NCBI GenBank assembly: GCA_965213625.1
Contig: CBDBZU010000004.1
Span: 3,488,001 to 3,552,000 of the forward strand
Direction: 5' to 3'
From: a bacterium
GTDB taxonomy: Bacteria; UBA8248
DNA length: 64,000 bases
Positions 1-10,632 of the stretch are shown here, piece by piece. Numbering within the stretch: position 1 is the first letter of the stretch; every line of letters begins with the position of its first letter. The translations under genes and the position numbers were made by a program. The notes under the pieces are model-generated. The model had not been told where the DNA came from. It worked only from the letters and a program-made list of their open reading frames with translations, and did not search any database.

Positions 1-3000
1 CTGCCGTCTGAGATGCCCGGCGGCGCCATCGTCTACTGCGCGACACGGCAGGGCAGCGAAGATATCGCCGAATACCTGAAACAGAAGGGCGTGGCGGCAG
101 AGCATTTTCACGCGGGCCTCTCGCCGGAGATCAAGAAGGACGTGCAGCGCCGCTTCATCGACGGCGAGTTGCGCGTCATCGCGGCGACCAACGCCTTCGG
201 CATGGGGATCGACAAGTCCGACGTGCGCCTTGTCGTCCACGCCGACATCCCGGGGTCGCTGGAGCACTATTTTCAGGAGGCGGGCCGCGCCGGGCGGGAT
301 GGGGCGCCGGCGCGGTGCGTGCTGCTCTACACGGCGGACGATGTGGAGCGCCGGTTCGGCATGTCGGCGCGCTCAAGGCTCACCCGGCGGGAGATACACG
401 GCATTCTCCGGGCCTTGCGCAGTCTGGACCGCAAGAAACACGCCGGCGGCGAGGTGGTGGCCACGGAGGACGAGATACTCGGGGAGGACGAGGAGAACGC
501 GTTCGAGCGGGATTCGGCTACCGACGATACCCGGGTGCGCACCGCCGTCGCCTGGCTGGAGGAATCCGAACTTCTGGCCCGCGAGGAGAACGTGGTGCAT
601 GTGTTCCCCTCCTCGCTCCGGGTGCGTTCGGTCGAAGAGGCCAGGGAACGGCTCGGGAGGGCGGACATTACGCAGGACTATCGCCGCCGGTTGCTGCGCA
701 TCGTCGAAACGCTCATCGACGCCCCCCCGGACGATGGCGTCAGCACCGATGAGCTGATGGCGGTCTCGGGGCTGAGCCCCGAGGGTGTGCGGGGCGCATT
801 GCATGATCTGGAGCGGTTAGACATCTCCAGCAACGACACCGCGCTGACCGCGTTCGTCCACGCCGGCGTGGAGCGCAGCTCCCGAAAGCGCCTCGAAGAA
901 GCGGTGACCTTGGAGACTGCCCTGATAGCGCACATGCGCGAGACGGCGCCGGATATGGGCAAGGGAGAGACGGCGCCGCTGCATCTGCGTATCGCCGCCC
1001 AGATCCTGAGGGATCAGGGATTGTCCGACCCGCTGCCGGAACGCCTGTGGCGCATCGTCCGCGGCATTGCCCGGGATGGCCGAGGCGAGGACGGCGCAGG
1101 CGGGAGCCTGACGGTGCGGAAACGGGACGCGGAGACGGCGCATGTGACGCTGCGCCGGGAGTGGAGAGACTTGGAGGAGACCGCCGAACTTCGGCGCGAG
1201 GCTGCCTCACGGCTACTGGAACACCTCCTTGACTGCCTGCCTCCCGGCAGTCGAGGCGTGGATCTGCTAGCGGAAACCACGCTCGGGAAACTACGGGCGG
1301 CAATCGAGTCCGACCTGATATTGAAGAGCAAGGTCCGACACCCTGAGAAACTCTTGGACCGCGCTCTGCTGTGGCTGCACGAGATGGAGGTCATCCGCCT
1401 GAACAAGGGTCTCGCCGTGTTCCGCCGCGCCATGACCATCCGCCTGAAAAACCGGCAGCGGCGCGGCTTCGCGAACGCGGACTTCGAACCCCTCGCCCTT
1501 CATTACAAGGGACAGGTGTTGCACGTCCACGTGATGGCGGAGTTCGCCGAGCGCGGCCTTGACCCCAAGCGCGATGCGGAGCGCCTCGCGAAGGACTACT
1601 TCACGCTGAAGGAGGAGGTGTTCCTCGCGCGCTGGCTGCCGGGCCGGGATATTGAGATCGGACGCCAGACCACGCCTGAGTCGTGGCAGGCCATCGTCCG
1701 AAGCCTGAACAACCCCGTCCAGCAGCGTATCGTCGCCGATGCCCGCGAGCAGACGAACGTGCTCGTGCTCGCGGGTCCCGGCTCGGGCAAGACCCGGGTG
1801 CTGGTGCACCGCATCGCCTATCTGATCCGCGTGAGGCGGGAGAACGCCCGCAGCATCCTGGCCATGGCCTACAACCGTCACGCGGCGGTCGAGATACGCC
1901 GCCGCCTCGGGGATTTGATCGGCGACGACGCCCGAGGGGTGACCGTCCTTACCTGCCAAGCCCTGGCGATGCGCCTGGCCGGAAGCAGCTTCACGAGCCG
2001 GGCGGAGCGCCCGGACGACGATGCGTTCCGGGATGTGCTCCGACGCGCGGTAGGGTTGCTTCGAGGGGAAGGCCTGCCGCCGGACGAGGCGGACGAGCAA
2101 CGCGAGCGTTTGCTGGCGGGCTTCCGGTGGATACTAGTGGACGAATACCAGGACATCAACGCCGATCAGTACGAGTTGATCTCGGCCCTGGCAGGGCGGA
2201 CGCTCGCGAACAAGGATGACAAACTCACCTTGTTCGCGGTCGGAGACGACGACCAGAACATCTACGCATTCAACGGCGCCTCGGTGGAGTTCATCCGCCG
2301 TTTCGCGGCGGACTATGAAGCCCGCCCCGCCTATCTTACGAGCAACTACCGCTCCACGGCCCACGTCATCGCAGCGGCCAATTCGGTGATCGAGAAGGCC
2401 CGCGAACGGATGAAGGTTGACCATCCCATCCACGTCAACCGGGCGCGCGAAAAGGACCCGCCCGGCGGCGCGTGGGAAGAACTGGACCCGGTCTCGCAGG
2501 GGAGAGTGCAGATACTGCCGGCGGGCCGCGACCCGATCCACCAGGCGCGGGCCGTCATGGCGGAACTGAAGCGCCTCTCGGAGCGTGAGCCGACCTGGAA
2601 CTGGTCGCGGTGCGCGGTGATCGCGTGCGAGTGGAAGTACCTGGTCCCCGTGCGCACCTTCTGCGAAGCGCAAGGCATTCCGGTTAAGATGGGGGACGAG
2701 GAGATTCCGGGCTTCTGGCATCTGCGCGAGACCCGCGCGTTCCTCGAATGGCTGCGCGCGCGAAAGCCCCGCGTCGTCGACGGGGCGGCTCTCAAGAATC
2801 GGGTAGAAGGTAACCCGTCAAGTCCCTGGCACGACCTGTTGCGGCAGGCCGTCGAGGAACACGCGCTGGAAACCGGCGGAGCGGAGACGCCGGTGGATCA
2901 CTTTATCGAATGGCTGGCGGAGTGGGGACGGGAGGTGCGCCGGCGCCAGCGCGGACTGCTGCTATCGACCGCGTATCGCGCCAAGGGACTGGAATTCGAC

Positions 3001-3588
3001 CATGTGGCCGTGCTTGATGGTGGCTGGGACCGCGTCGGAAACGGCGTAGATAAGGATGCGCCGCGCCGTCTGTACTACGTGGCCATGACGCGGGCCCGGC
3101 ATACCCTGACACTCGCGCGCTTCGATGAATCACACGTGTTCCTGGACGCCCTGGCCGGCCATCCTTCCGTGATGCGCCACAAGCCGGCCGGGCTCCCGCC
3201 GGCCCCCGCGTCGCTCGGGTATCACTACGTTCGCCCCGCTCTCCGGGACGTGGACCTGGGCTTCGCCGGACGCTTTCGGCCAAGCCACCCGCTCCACCGC
3301 ACCATCGCAGGCCTGTCGCCGGGCGATCCGCTCGGGACGCGCATCACCAGCCAGGGACGCTGGGAGTTGCTCGACCGGAGGGGCGCGGTGGTAGGGCGTC
3401 TCGCCGCTGGTTTCAAACCGCCGCCCGGCACCCGTTGCCGCTCCGCCGAAGTGTGGGCCGTCACCGGGTGGAGCCGTGAGGCTTCTGATCCTGGGTTTCA
3501 CGACTCCATACGATGCGACGCCTGGGAAGTGGTCGTACCGGAACTCGTATTCGAGCCGGGTCGTCAGGCGACCACGGCCTCGACGTAG
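1..3588 (+). CDS. RecQ-family helicase fused to a C-terminal UvrD/Rep (SF1) helicase; 5' end lies outside the window
   Basis: Frame open from position 1. RecQ motifs IVYCATR, FHAGL, ATNAFGMGIDK, YFQEAGRAGRDG, then SF1 motifs LAGPGSGKT, LVDEYQD, VGDDDQNIY, NYRST, KGLEFD, RRLYYVAMTRA. Confidence 0.9.
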   Translation: MPSEMPGGAIVYCATRQGSEDIAEYLKQKGVAAEHFHAGLSPEIKKDVQRRFIDGELRVIAATNAFGMGIDKSDVRLVVHADIPGSLEHYFQEAGRAGRDGAPARCVLLYTADDVERRFGMSARSRLTRREIHGILRALRSLDRKKHAGGEVVATEDEILGEDEENAFERDSATDDTRVRTAVAWLEESELLAREENVVHVFPSSLRVRSVEEARERLGRADITQDYRRRLLRIVETLIDAPPDDGVSTDELMAVSGLSPEGVRGALHDLERLDISSNDTALTAFVHAGVERSSRKRLEEAVTLETALIAHMRETAPDMGKGETAPLHLRIAAQILRDQGLSDPLPERLWRIVRGIARDGRGEDGAGGSLTVRKRDAETAHVTLRREWRDLEETAELRREAASRLLEHLLDCLPPGSRGVDLLAETTLGKLRAAIESDLILKSKVRHPEKLLDRALLWLHEMEVIRLNKGLAVFRRAMTIRLKNRQRRGFANADFEPLALHYKGQVLHVHVMAEFAERGLDPKRDAERLAKDYFTLKEEVFLARWLPGRDIEIGRQTTPESWQAIVRSLNNPVQQRIVADAREQTNVLVLAGPGSGKTRVLVHRIAYLIRVRRENARSILAMAYNRHAAVEIRRRLGDLIGDDARGVTVLTCQALAMRLAGSSFTSRAERPDDDAFRDVLRRAVGLLRGEGLPPDEADEQRERLLAGFRWILVDEYQDINADQYELISALAGRTLANKDDKLTLFAVGDDDQNIYAFNGASVEFIRRFAADYEARPAYLTSNYRSTAHVIAAANSVIEKARERMKVDHPIHVNRAREKDPPGGAWEELDPVSQGRVQILPAGRDPIHQARAVMAELKRLSEREPTWNWSRCAVIACEWKYLVPVRTFCEAQGIPVKMGDEEIPGFWHLRETRAFLEWLRARKPRVVDGAALKNRVEGNPSSPWHDLLRQAVEEHALETGGAETPVDHFIEWLAEWGREVRRRQRGLLLSTAYRAKGLEFDHVAVLDGGWDRVGNGVDKDAPRRLYYVAMTRARHTLTLARFDESHVFLDALAGHPSVMRHKPAGLPPAPASLGYHYVRPALRDVDLGFAGRFRPSHPLHRTIAGLSPGDPLGTRITSQGRWELLDRRGAVVGRLAAGFKPPPGTRCRSAEVWAVTGWSREASDPGFHDSIRCDAWEVVVPELVFEPGRQATTAST

Positions 3589-3713
3589 GGGCGACACATC
3601 CGTAGTGTCGGCCCGGAGTTGTTTCATTTTCAACTTCGGGAGAAATCGCGGTATTTCACTGATCAACAGGGCCGGAGCAGCCGGCATTTCACCAGCGGGG
3701 AGAAACATAGGTT

Positions 3714-4091
3714 ATGCGGATTCGAACGAAAACCCGAAGGCTCGCCGGAATCATTCTCAAGGCCGCCGCTTGCGGCACGCTAGCGCTTCTGGCCGCCTGC
3801 AGCGGAACGATCGACGGCGTGGTAAGGGGTGAAGGCGGTCGCGTAGCGTTCCGGTACGAACAGGGCATGGATCGCGACTTCTACGAGGCGATAATCGACG
3901 GTGAGCGTTTCAAGGGACAAGCAGTCCGGGTCTACGCGCGAAGTGGCAATTTCGTGGCCGTAATGTTCGGGGACAGAGGATCCACGATACGCTGCAAAAT
4001 GAACTATGCAGACAGCTCCGGGTTCACTTCGATCGGAGGGGTCGGAATCTGCCGACACAGCGACGGCCGCATAATTGATGTAATGTGGTAA
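3714..4091 (+). CDS. Small putative lipoprotein
   Basis: Basic N-terminus, hydrophobic stretch and lipobox LAAC; 125 aa. Confidence 0.65.
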   Translation: MRIRTKTRRLAGIILKAAACGTLALLAACSGTIDGVVRGEGGRVAFRYEQGMDRDFYEAIIDGERFKGQAVRVYARSGNFVAVMFGDRGSTIRCKMNYADSSGFTSIGGVGICRHSDGRIIDVMW

Positions 4092-4305
4092 GGCATCAAT
4101 CGGCAGACGAGGTATCAATAGACCAGCGGCAAGATGCAGTAAAGGCTGCGGAGAGCGGCGCCTTGCCCTGCCGCTGGTACTTTCGCTCAAAAATCCAGGG
4201 GCACTGAGCAACCGTTTGGACGAATAAGCCTGTAAATTTTTTGGCAATTCTGATGCCATTGTGTGATGTGTCAACGACTACGCGGCAGCCATGAGCAGCA
4301 TCGAA

Positions 4306-5229
4306 TCAGTCGGACCGAGAGGCGCACTGCAGTCGGGAAGCGTCAGGCATCAGGGCCAGTATCTGTCCGTTCACCAATTCCTCGTCGTCAGTGTTCCCCG
4401 CGCGGATGATGGCGGGCTGCGAAAGGAACGGGGATTCGATAATCTGGCGTATACCAACAAGCGGCTGAAGCGCAGCTTCGAGTTGGATATCGGCAAGCTC
4501 CGGCCTATCGTCCGCGTGCACCCGGATCGCTTTCAGTCTCCACCAACCGATGGAGCGCGAAAGCACCCACATCTCACCGCTAATCCCACTTTCGGGATGA
4601 AGGCGGTTGAGTGTCTTCACCATAATATGCCCGCTGCGTGGATCGCCGAACCATGGGCCGTTGTATCCGCCCGTGGGAGCAACTTCAAGCAGACGGGCAA
4701 GGCGCGGATTGTCCGGCTTTGGCGGCAGGCCGCAGGTCACGGTCCACATTCGCTCACGCGTCTGTGCCGCTGCTCCCTTGGCTGTAGCGATGTCCACCTT
4801 CTCCTGCCTGCCGAGAGCCGCCTGCACGGCGGCCTGCAGACTCCGGGCGGTCAAGTACTGTTCCTGCGCCTTCATTTCCCCGGCCTTGGCCATGTCCCGG
4901 TATTTTTCGGTATCAGCAAGCGTCGCGGACGCCCTCGCCTTCTCATTGGCTTCCTCGGCAGCCGTGGCCGCCGCGTAAGCCGCGTTTGCCGCTGCCTGCG
5001 CGGCCATCCCGGTCGTGGAACTTGCGCCCACGAGACCATCAACCGCCGTTGCCCACAATGAGGCCTTATTGGCGTAGTCCCGGGCGTTCGCCGCCGCCGT
5101 CATCGCTACATCTCGAGCCGGCCCCAGGTCCGGCATCGTGGCCAGCTGCGAGGCGCCGCCACCCCCGCCACAACCTGTAAACGCCAATACGGCCAGGCAC
5201 ATCGCTAGAACTGTAAATTTCCGTATCAT
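4306..5229 (-). CDS. Putative lipoprotein with Ala-rich helical region, probably truncated or chimeric
   Basis: GGAGG SD before ATG 5229; MIRKFTVLAMCLAVLAFTG-C-GGGGG signal; Ala-rich segment changes abruptly in composition near 4760. Confidence 0.5.
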   Translation of the reverse strand: MIRKFTVLAMCLAVLAFTGCGGGGGASQLATMPDLGPARDVAMTAAANARDYANKASLWATAVDGLVGASSTTGMAAQAAANAAYAAATAAEEANEKARASATLADTEKYRDMAKAGEMKAQEQYLTARSLQAAVQAALGRQEKVDIATAKGAAAQTRERMWTVTCGLPPKPDNPRLARLLEVAPTGGYNGPWFGDPRSGHIMVKTLNRLHPESGISGEMWVLSRSIGWWRLKAIRVHADDRPELADIQLEAALQPLVGIRQIIESPFLSQPAIIRAGNTDDEELVNGQILALMPDASRLQCASRSD

Positions 5230-5832
5230 CCCGTTACTCCTCCGTAGCGAAGAACTACCAAGGGCCGGCGAAGAAAACCGAACTCTCCCACCCACCTTGA
5301 TTCGAATATATCTTTTTTGCCTGGTGTTCAACCTTCAAACACTTCTAGTTGATGTCTTTCGTTCGGTATTTCCATAAAGTTTGGGCCTTCGATCCTCCGT
5401 CACACAAGATGAAAGCAATATCCTATCGCCGTCAGTCAAAGACATACGATGTCAAACAGTTTCAGGCACAACGAGGATCGGAATGTATGGGTTCAGCTTG
5501 CACGGAATTTTCGTGCTGACGCTTAGCCTTGACTGCCTCTTCCGTGCAGAACCACAGGAATGGGCGCTTACGGTTGCTCGGTATAAGAATAAATATTACG
5601 CTGCCTAAGCTGATTACACACACCCGAACTCGGTACGAACACCCCCACTCAGGCTCGTACCCAGGTTACGGTCGTGCTCATCAAGGCGTCAGGCGCCAAC
5701 GCTTCGGGTAAGGACGATGGCGGGGACCATGAAGGAGTTGAGGAGCCAGTAAAACCGACGGTGAACTACTGGAAGGGATCGGAATAAATTTACCACGGAA
5801 ATCCCTGTCCACTGAAATGCTCAGGAAAGAAT

Positions 5833-8800
5833 GTGTTGAGAAAGACTCCCGAAAAATCCAACCACACCGGGCGCCCGGGACATCAATCGAGTTTTGCGGC
5901 GAACATCCTGCTTGAGGCCAAACGAACCGGGCCGGCCAGGTTCCTGTTCGCGCTCCTGCGTCCGCGACATGCCAGGGCGATATCGGTGAGCGCCGAAGCG
6001 GTCCGGCTACAGTTCGGTTCGGGTTACACGGACATACCGTTGGGCGATGTGGAAACGGTTGATGCAGGGGGCGGCTCTCTCTATTCCAGTATCCGGATCC
6101 GTCATGCCGCGGGCGGCGCGCATGTTTCGGGCCTGCCCCGAATGGCTGGAAGCGCTCTGGCCGAAGCCATCGAAACAGCGAGATGCGAATGGTGGCGCGG
6201 TGCCCTCGCCTCACGGACAGATGCGCTCCGGTCGGCCCACGACCGCATCGCCGGGTTTGCGGATCCGCAGAAATACCTTACGGTCGACGCGCATCGAGAC
6301 CTGGAAATCGATGCCCGGGCAGTCACCGGCGGCTTCGCGGCGCGGTGGCCGGAAGCGCTGTCGGATGCCCCCGAGATACGGATGCTGCGGAACATTCTCG
6401 AGTATCTGGAAGCGTCTGGCGATGCCCGGTCGAAAGCCAACAAGGCGTTCGTCGTCAACGAACTGGTTCGCTCACGTGAGCTCTTCGACCGGATCGAGGC
6501 CCGACCGCTCACGGAAGAGCAGCGCAGGGCGGTCGTCATCGACGAGCAACGGAACCTCGTGGTGGCCGCGGCCGGAAGCGGCAAGACATCGGTAATCGTA
6601 GCCAAGACAGGCTGGCTCATCAGAAAAGGGTATCGCAAGCCCTCCGAACTGCTGTTGCTCGCCTTTGCGCGAGATGCCAGCAAGGAGATGGAGGAGCGGC
6701 TCGAAAAGCGTCTCGGCGCCAAAATAGCACGCGACGTTACGGTGCGCACTTTCCACAGCCTCGGCATGGCGATCATCGGCGAAGCCGAAGGGAAACGCCC
6801 GGCGCTCGCCGCGACGACGGAGAACGACCGAGCGCTGTTCGACCTGCTCAAGGGAATCGTGGCCGATCTGCTCACCGATCGGGAACTCTCGGCCACGCTG
6901 CATGAATGGTTCCAGGACCGGTTTGCGCCATACAAGAGCGAGCACGAGTTCAAAAACTGGGGCGAGTACCATGACTATATCCGCAAGTTCGACATACGCT
7001 CGCTGAAAGGCGAAACCGTCCGCAGTTTCGAAGAATGCGAGATCGCGAACTTTCTCTATCTCAACGGAGTCGCCTACGAGTACGAAGCCCCCTATGAGCA
7101 TGACCTGGCGACCTCGGAGAAGCGCCAGTACAAGCCCGACTTCCATCTTCCCGAACACGGCGTCTATATCGAGCACTTCGGGATCGACGCCGAAGGAAAC
7201 ACGGCGCCGTTCGTCGACCGGCAGTCGTACCGGCAGGAAATGGAATGGAAGCGCGGCGTCCATGCAGAACACGGGACCGTCCTGATCGAAACCTTCAGTC
7301 ACGAACAGGCTGGCGGCAGGCTGCTCCGGAACCTGACGGAAAAGCTTGCGGCCCACGGTGTGGGTCTTTCGCCGATTCCGCGCGAGGATGCGTTCGCTGC
7401 TCTCGAACAACAGGGGCGGATCGAACCGTTCACGCGTCTGGTGGCGACCTTCCTGCAGCACTTCAAGGGAAGCCGGCTGTCCTTCGCCGACGTCGTCGAA
7501 CGCGCCGGCGCTCACCGGGAACGGGCGCGGGCGCAAGCGTTTCTTGCGGTGTTCCGGCCGATTTTCGAGCGCTATCAGGACACGCTTGCGCGTTCAGGCG
7601 AGATCGATTTCCACGACATGATCAACCGTGCGACCGACCTCGTGGAGACCGGACAATACCGCAGCCCGTTCGGATACATCCTGGTCGACGAGTTCCAGGA
7701 TATTTCGCCGTCCCGGGCGAGGCTGCTCAAGGCGCTGCTCGACAGTTCAGCGAGGGCGCAATTGTTCGCGGTCGGCGACGACTGGCAGGCGATCTACAGG
7801 TTCGGCGGATCGGACATTGCGGTCATGCGGGAGTTCGGAGACCATTTCGGTGCGTTCGAGCGTATCGATCTCGCAACCACGTTCCGCTGCGCCGACCGCA
7901 TAGCCTCGCTCGCCACGGACTTCGTGCTGCGCAATCCGGCGCAAATCCGCAAGACGGTCCGCGCGACGCGCAAGGCGGACCGGCCCGCGGTATACGTCGG
8001 ACTCCCCGGTGAGCAGGAACTCTCGCTCCTGAAAGAGGCGCTCGACCGGATCGCGGAGGATGCCCGCCGTCACGAGGGAACCTCGGAGGTGCTGTTGCTG
8101 GGCCGCTACCGTCATCTGTGTCCTCGCAATCTGGGCGCGTTGCCGAAGCAGTATCCGGGCCTTCGCTTCAGTTGGAAGACCGTGCACCGCTCCAAGGGTC
8201 TCGAGGCGGACTATGCGGTGGTTCTCGGTGTGTGTTCAGGAAATTACGGGTTTCCGGCCGAGATAGCCGACGATCCGCTGCTCGATCTGGTGCTGGCGGC
8301 GCCCGAAGCACATTCGAACGCCGAGGAGCGACGCCTGCTCTATGTCGCCATCACCCGGGCGAGACGGCAGGTATACCTGCTTGCCAACGGCGGCCCGCCG
8401 TCCGAATTCGTGAACGAACTGATAGACGGAGGATACGACGTCGACGTCTTCGGCCGTCCGCCGGAAAGCGACGTATCCTGTCCGCAATGCGCCGGTGGAC
8501 GGCTGGAGCGCCGTGAAAACTCTCGCAGCGGAAGTGTTTTCTACGGCTGCTCGAACTTTCCGCTTTGCGAACACATAACGCGCGCCTGTCCTCGCTGCGG
8601 GTCAGGCCTTCCCGTCAGGTCCGGCGAGGCTTACCGCTGCCGCGACTGCGACGGGGCAATCGAGTCCTGTCCCGAATGCGGCGGGTGGCTCGACTCCAGA
8701 ATGGGGAAGTACGGCCGCTTCCTCGGCTGCTCGAACTTTCCAGATTGCGACTATACGAGAAACCTGCGGCAATCGAGAAATGGAACCGCTTCCGTACCGA

Positions 8801-8835
8801 ACGCATCAAGACCCGGAAAACGCAGACCACGCTGA
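5833..8835 (+). CDS. HelD (helicase IV)-like UvrD helicase with inserted PD-(D/E)xK-like domain and C-terminal topoisomerase-type C4 zinc ribbons
   Basis: AAAGSGKT, LVDEFQD, VGDDWQAIY, HRSKGLEAD, EERRLLYVAITRA; insert RSFEECEIANFL...YKPDF...IEHFG; C-terminal CPxC...FYGCSNFPxC repeats. Confidence 0.88.
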   Translation: MLRKTPEKSNHTGRPGHQSSFAANILLEAKRTGPARFLFALLRPRHARAISVSAEAVRLQFGSGYTDIPLGDVETVDAGGGSLYSSIRIRHAAGGAHVSGLPRMAGSALAEAIETARCEWWRGALASRTDALRSAHDRIAGFADPQKYLTVDAHRDLEIDARAVTGGFAARWPEALSDAPEIRMLRNILEYLEASGDARSKANKAFVVNELVRSRELFDRIEARPLTEEQRRAVVIDEQRNLVVAAAGSGKTSVIVAKTGWLIRKGYRKPSELLLLAFARDASKEMEERLEKRLGAKIARDVTVRTFHSLGMAIIGEAEGKRPALAATTENDRALFDLLKGIVADLLTDRELSATLHEWFQDRFAPYKSEHEFKNWGEYHDYIRKFDIRSLKGETVRSFEECEIANFLYLNGVAYEYEAPYEHDLATSEKRQYKPDFHLPEHGVYIEHFGIDAEGNTAPFVDRQSYRQEMEWKRGVHAEHGTVLIETFSHEQAGGRLLRNLTEKLAAHGVGLSPIPREDAFAALEQQGRIEPFTRLVATFLQHFKGSRLSFADVVERAGAHRERARAQAFLAVFRPIFERYQDTLARSGEIDFHDMINRATDLVETGQYRSPFGYILVDEFQDISPSRARLLKALLDSSARAQLFAVGDDWQAIYRFGGSDIAVMREFGDHFGAFERIDLATTFRCADRIASLATDFVLRNPAQIRKTVRATRKADRPAVYVGLPGEQELSLLKEALDRIAEDARRHEGTSEVLLLGRYRHLCPRNLGALPKQYPGLRFSWKTVHRSKGLEADYAVVLGVCSGNYGFPAEIADDPLLDLVLAAPEAHSNAEERRLLYVAITRARRQVYLLANGGPPSEFVNELIDGGYDVDVFGRPPESDVSCPQCAGGRLERRENSRSGSVFYGCSNFPLCEHITRACPRCGSGLPVRSGEAYRCRDCDGAIESCPECGGWLDSRMGKYGRFLGCSNFPDCDYTRNLRQSRNGTASVPNASRPGKRRPR

Positions 8836-9079
8836 CGACAATACAATGCATGACGACATTGCGGTCCGCAGGAACGGGGAAGCCGCTTGCTGGCTCCGGA
8901 TATGATCAACCGATATGGCCATATGGGCTTGTCCCATATGGGAGCGCAACCCTGGCGCCGTTTTTCGCTCACACCGATGGTTCCTGCGCCGTGATTCGAT
9001 CTGCCCGGTTGGTATACGCTTTACGCAGGCGGATTTGTTTGATAGAAATGCTCGGAGAATAGACCCTAAACTCCATGGT

Positions 9080-9706
9080 ATGGTATCAATGTTGAAATCA
9101 GGGACACAACGGGATCGAGCGACCGAAATCCTGCGCAGGGGGGGGATCGTGCGCCTGTTCGAGTTCAGGGATGCCGGGATCACGGCGGCCACGATAAGCC
9201 GCATGGTCGAGGATGGCGAGGTCGTAAAACTATCACGCGGGCTATATCAGATGCCCGATGCGCCCCTCGACGCCAATCACAGCCTGGCCGAGGCGGCGAA
9301 GCGGGTTCCCAGGGGCGTCGTCTGTCTCGTCTCGGCGCTTGCATACCACGAGTTGACCGATCAGATTTCACGCGGGGTCTGGATGGCGATCGGCGCCAAG
9401 GACTGGGCGCCGAAGACGGAAAACCCGCCGGTACGGATCGTGCGGTTCACGGAGCAATTTCTCATGGACGATGTCGTCACCGTGCATATCGAGAACGTGC
9501 CCGTGAAAATCTTCGGCGTCGCGAAGACGATCGCCGACTGCTACCGGCATCGCCGGACGGTGGGACAGTCGGTCGCACTGGAGGGTCTTCAGGAAGCGCT
9601 TCGACAGGGAAAAGCCACCCCGGCCGCAATCGCCCGGCATGCGGAACGTGGCGGCGTGGCCACAGTGCTCCGACCCCATCTTGAGGCGCTCACCGCAAAT
9701 GGCTAG
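9080..9706 (+). CDS. abiEi: Type IV toxin-antitoxin AbiEi-family antitoxin/regulator
   Basis: N-terminal wHTH with KLSRGLY, VVCLVSALAYHELTDQ, KTIADC; overlaps the abiEii start. Start may be 9080 or 9089. Confidence 0.85.
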   Translation: MVSMLKSGTQRDRATEILRRGGIVRLFEFRDAGITAATISRMVEDGEVVKLSRGLYQMPDAPLDANHSLAEAAKRVPRGVVCLVSALAYHELTDQISRGVWMAIGAKDWAPKTENPPVRIVRFTEQFLMDDVVTVHIENVPVKIFGVAKTIADCYRHRRTVGQSVALEGLQEALRQGKATPAAIARHAERGGVATVLRPHLEALTANG

Positions 9707-10580
9707 GGAGGTCAAAAACATCGCGGCCTCGGTTCGGGCCCGTCTCCTCAGGCTCAGCAAGGAGAAAGACCTGAACTTCGATCTGGTGCTGACGCACTAT
9801 GCGATCGAACGCTTGCTCTACCGCCTCGCGCAATCGCGCTACGCCGAGCGTTTTGTTCTGAAAGGGGCGATGTTGCTGATGACGTGGTTCGACGAGCCGC
9901 TTCGCGGTACGCGCGACCTCGATCTCCTGGGTCACGGCAACCCCGCACCTTATACCGTACTCGGAGTCTTCAGAGAAGTTCTCGGTCAGGAACAGCCCGA
10001 CGGCGTTCTCTTTGGCGCCAATGAGACGAGTATCGGCCGCATTCGACAAGAGAACGAGTACGGCGGTCTCCGCATACGGACGCCGGCCGAGGTCGGCGGC
10101 GCCCGCATCGTCGTCAACGTCGATGTCGGCTTCGGGGAAGCGACCGAACCTCCTGCCGAGTGGCTGGACTACCCCGTTCTGCTCGATATGCCGGCGCCGC
10201 GGCTGCTGGGTTACGCGAGAGAGACCGTGATTGCCGAGAAATTCCAGGCCATGGTGGCTCTGGGTCTGGCCAACAGCCGGATGAAGGACTACTACGACCT
10301 GTGGGTCATCAGCCGGACCTTTGACATTGATCGCTCGCGCCTCGCAGGGGCGATATCCGCGACTTTTGCCCGGCGGCGCACACCGATTCCGGATGCCGTT
10401 CCGGACGGGTTGTCACGCGCGTTCGCGGAAGACGTCGACAAGCGACGACAATGGGAGGTCTTCAAGCGTGATTTGGGGGTCGACCCCGGTCCGCTCGACA
10501 GTGTTGTGGAGACGCTTGAAGCCTTCCTGATGCCGGCTGCTGTGGCCGCTCGTGAATCGGCCGGACGGGATAGCATCTGA
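9699..10580 (+). CDS. abiEii: AbiEii-family nucleotidyltransferase toxin
   Basis: ASVRARL, ERLLYRL, FVLKGAMLL, RGTRDLDL, ETVIAEKFQAM, NSRMKDYYDL. Confidence 0.9.
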   Translation: MAREVKNIAASVRARLLRLSKEKDLNFDLVLTHYAIERLLYRLAQSRYAERFVLKGAMLLMTWFDEPLRGTRDLDLLGHGNPAPYTVLGVFREVLGQEQPDGVLFGANETSIGRIRQENEYGGLRIRTPAEVGGARIVVNVDVGFGEATEPPAEWLDYPVLLDMPAPRLLGYARETVIAEKFQAMVALGLANSRMKDYYDLWVISRTFDIDRSRLAGAISATFARRRTPIPDAVPDGLSRAFAEDVDKRRQWEVFKRDLGVDPGPLDSVVETLEAFLMPAAVAARESAGRDSI

Positions 10581-10632
10581 ACGTGCAGACACGCCGACTC
10601 AAGTCTCTTGAGTGTCCGTAGCGTCGCCGAAG

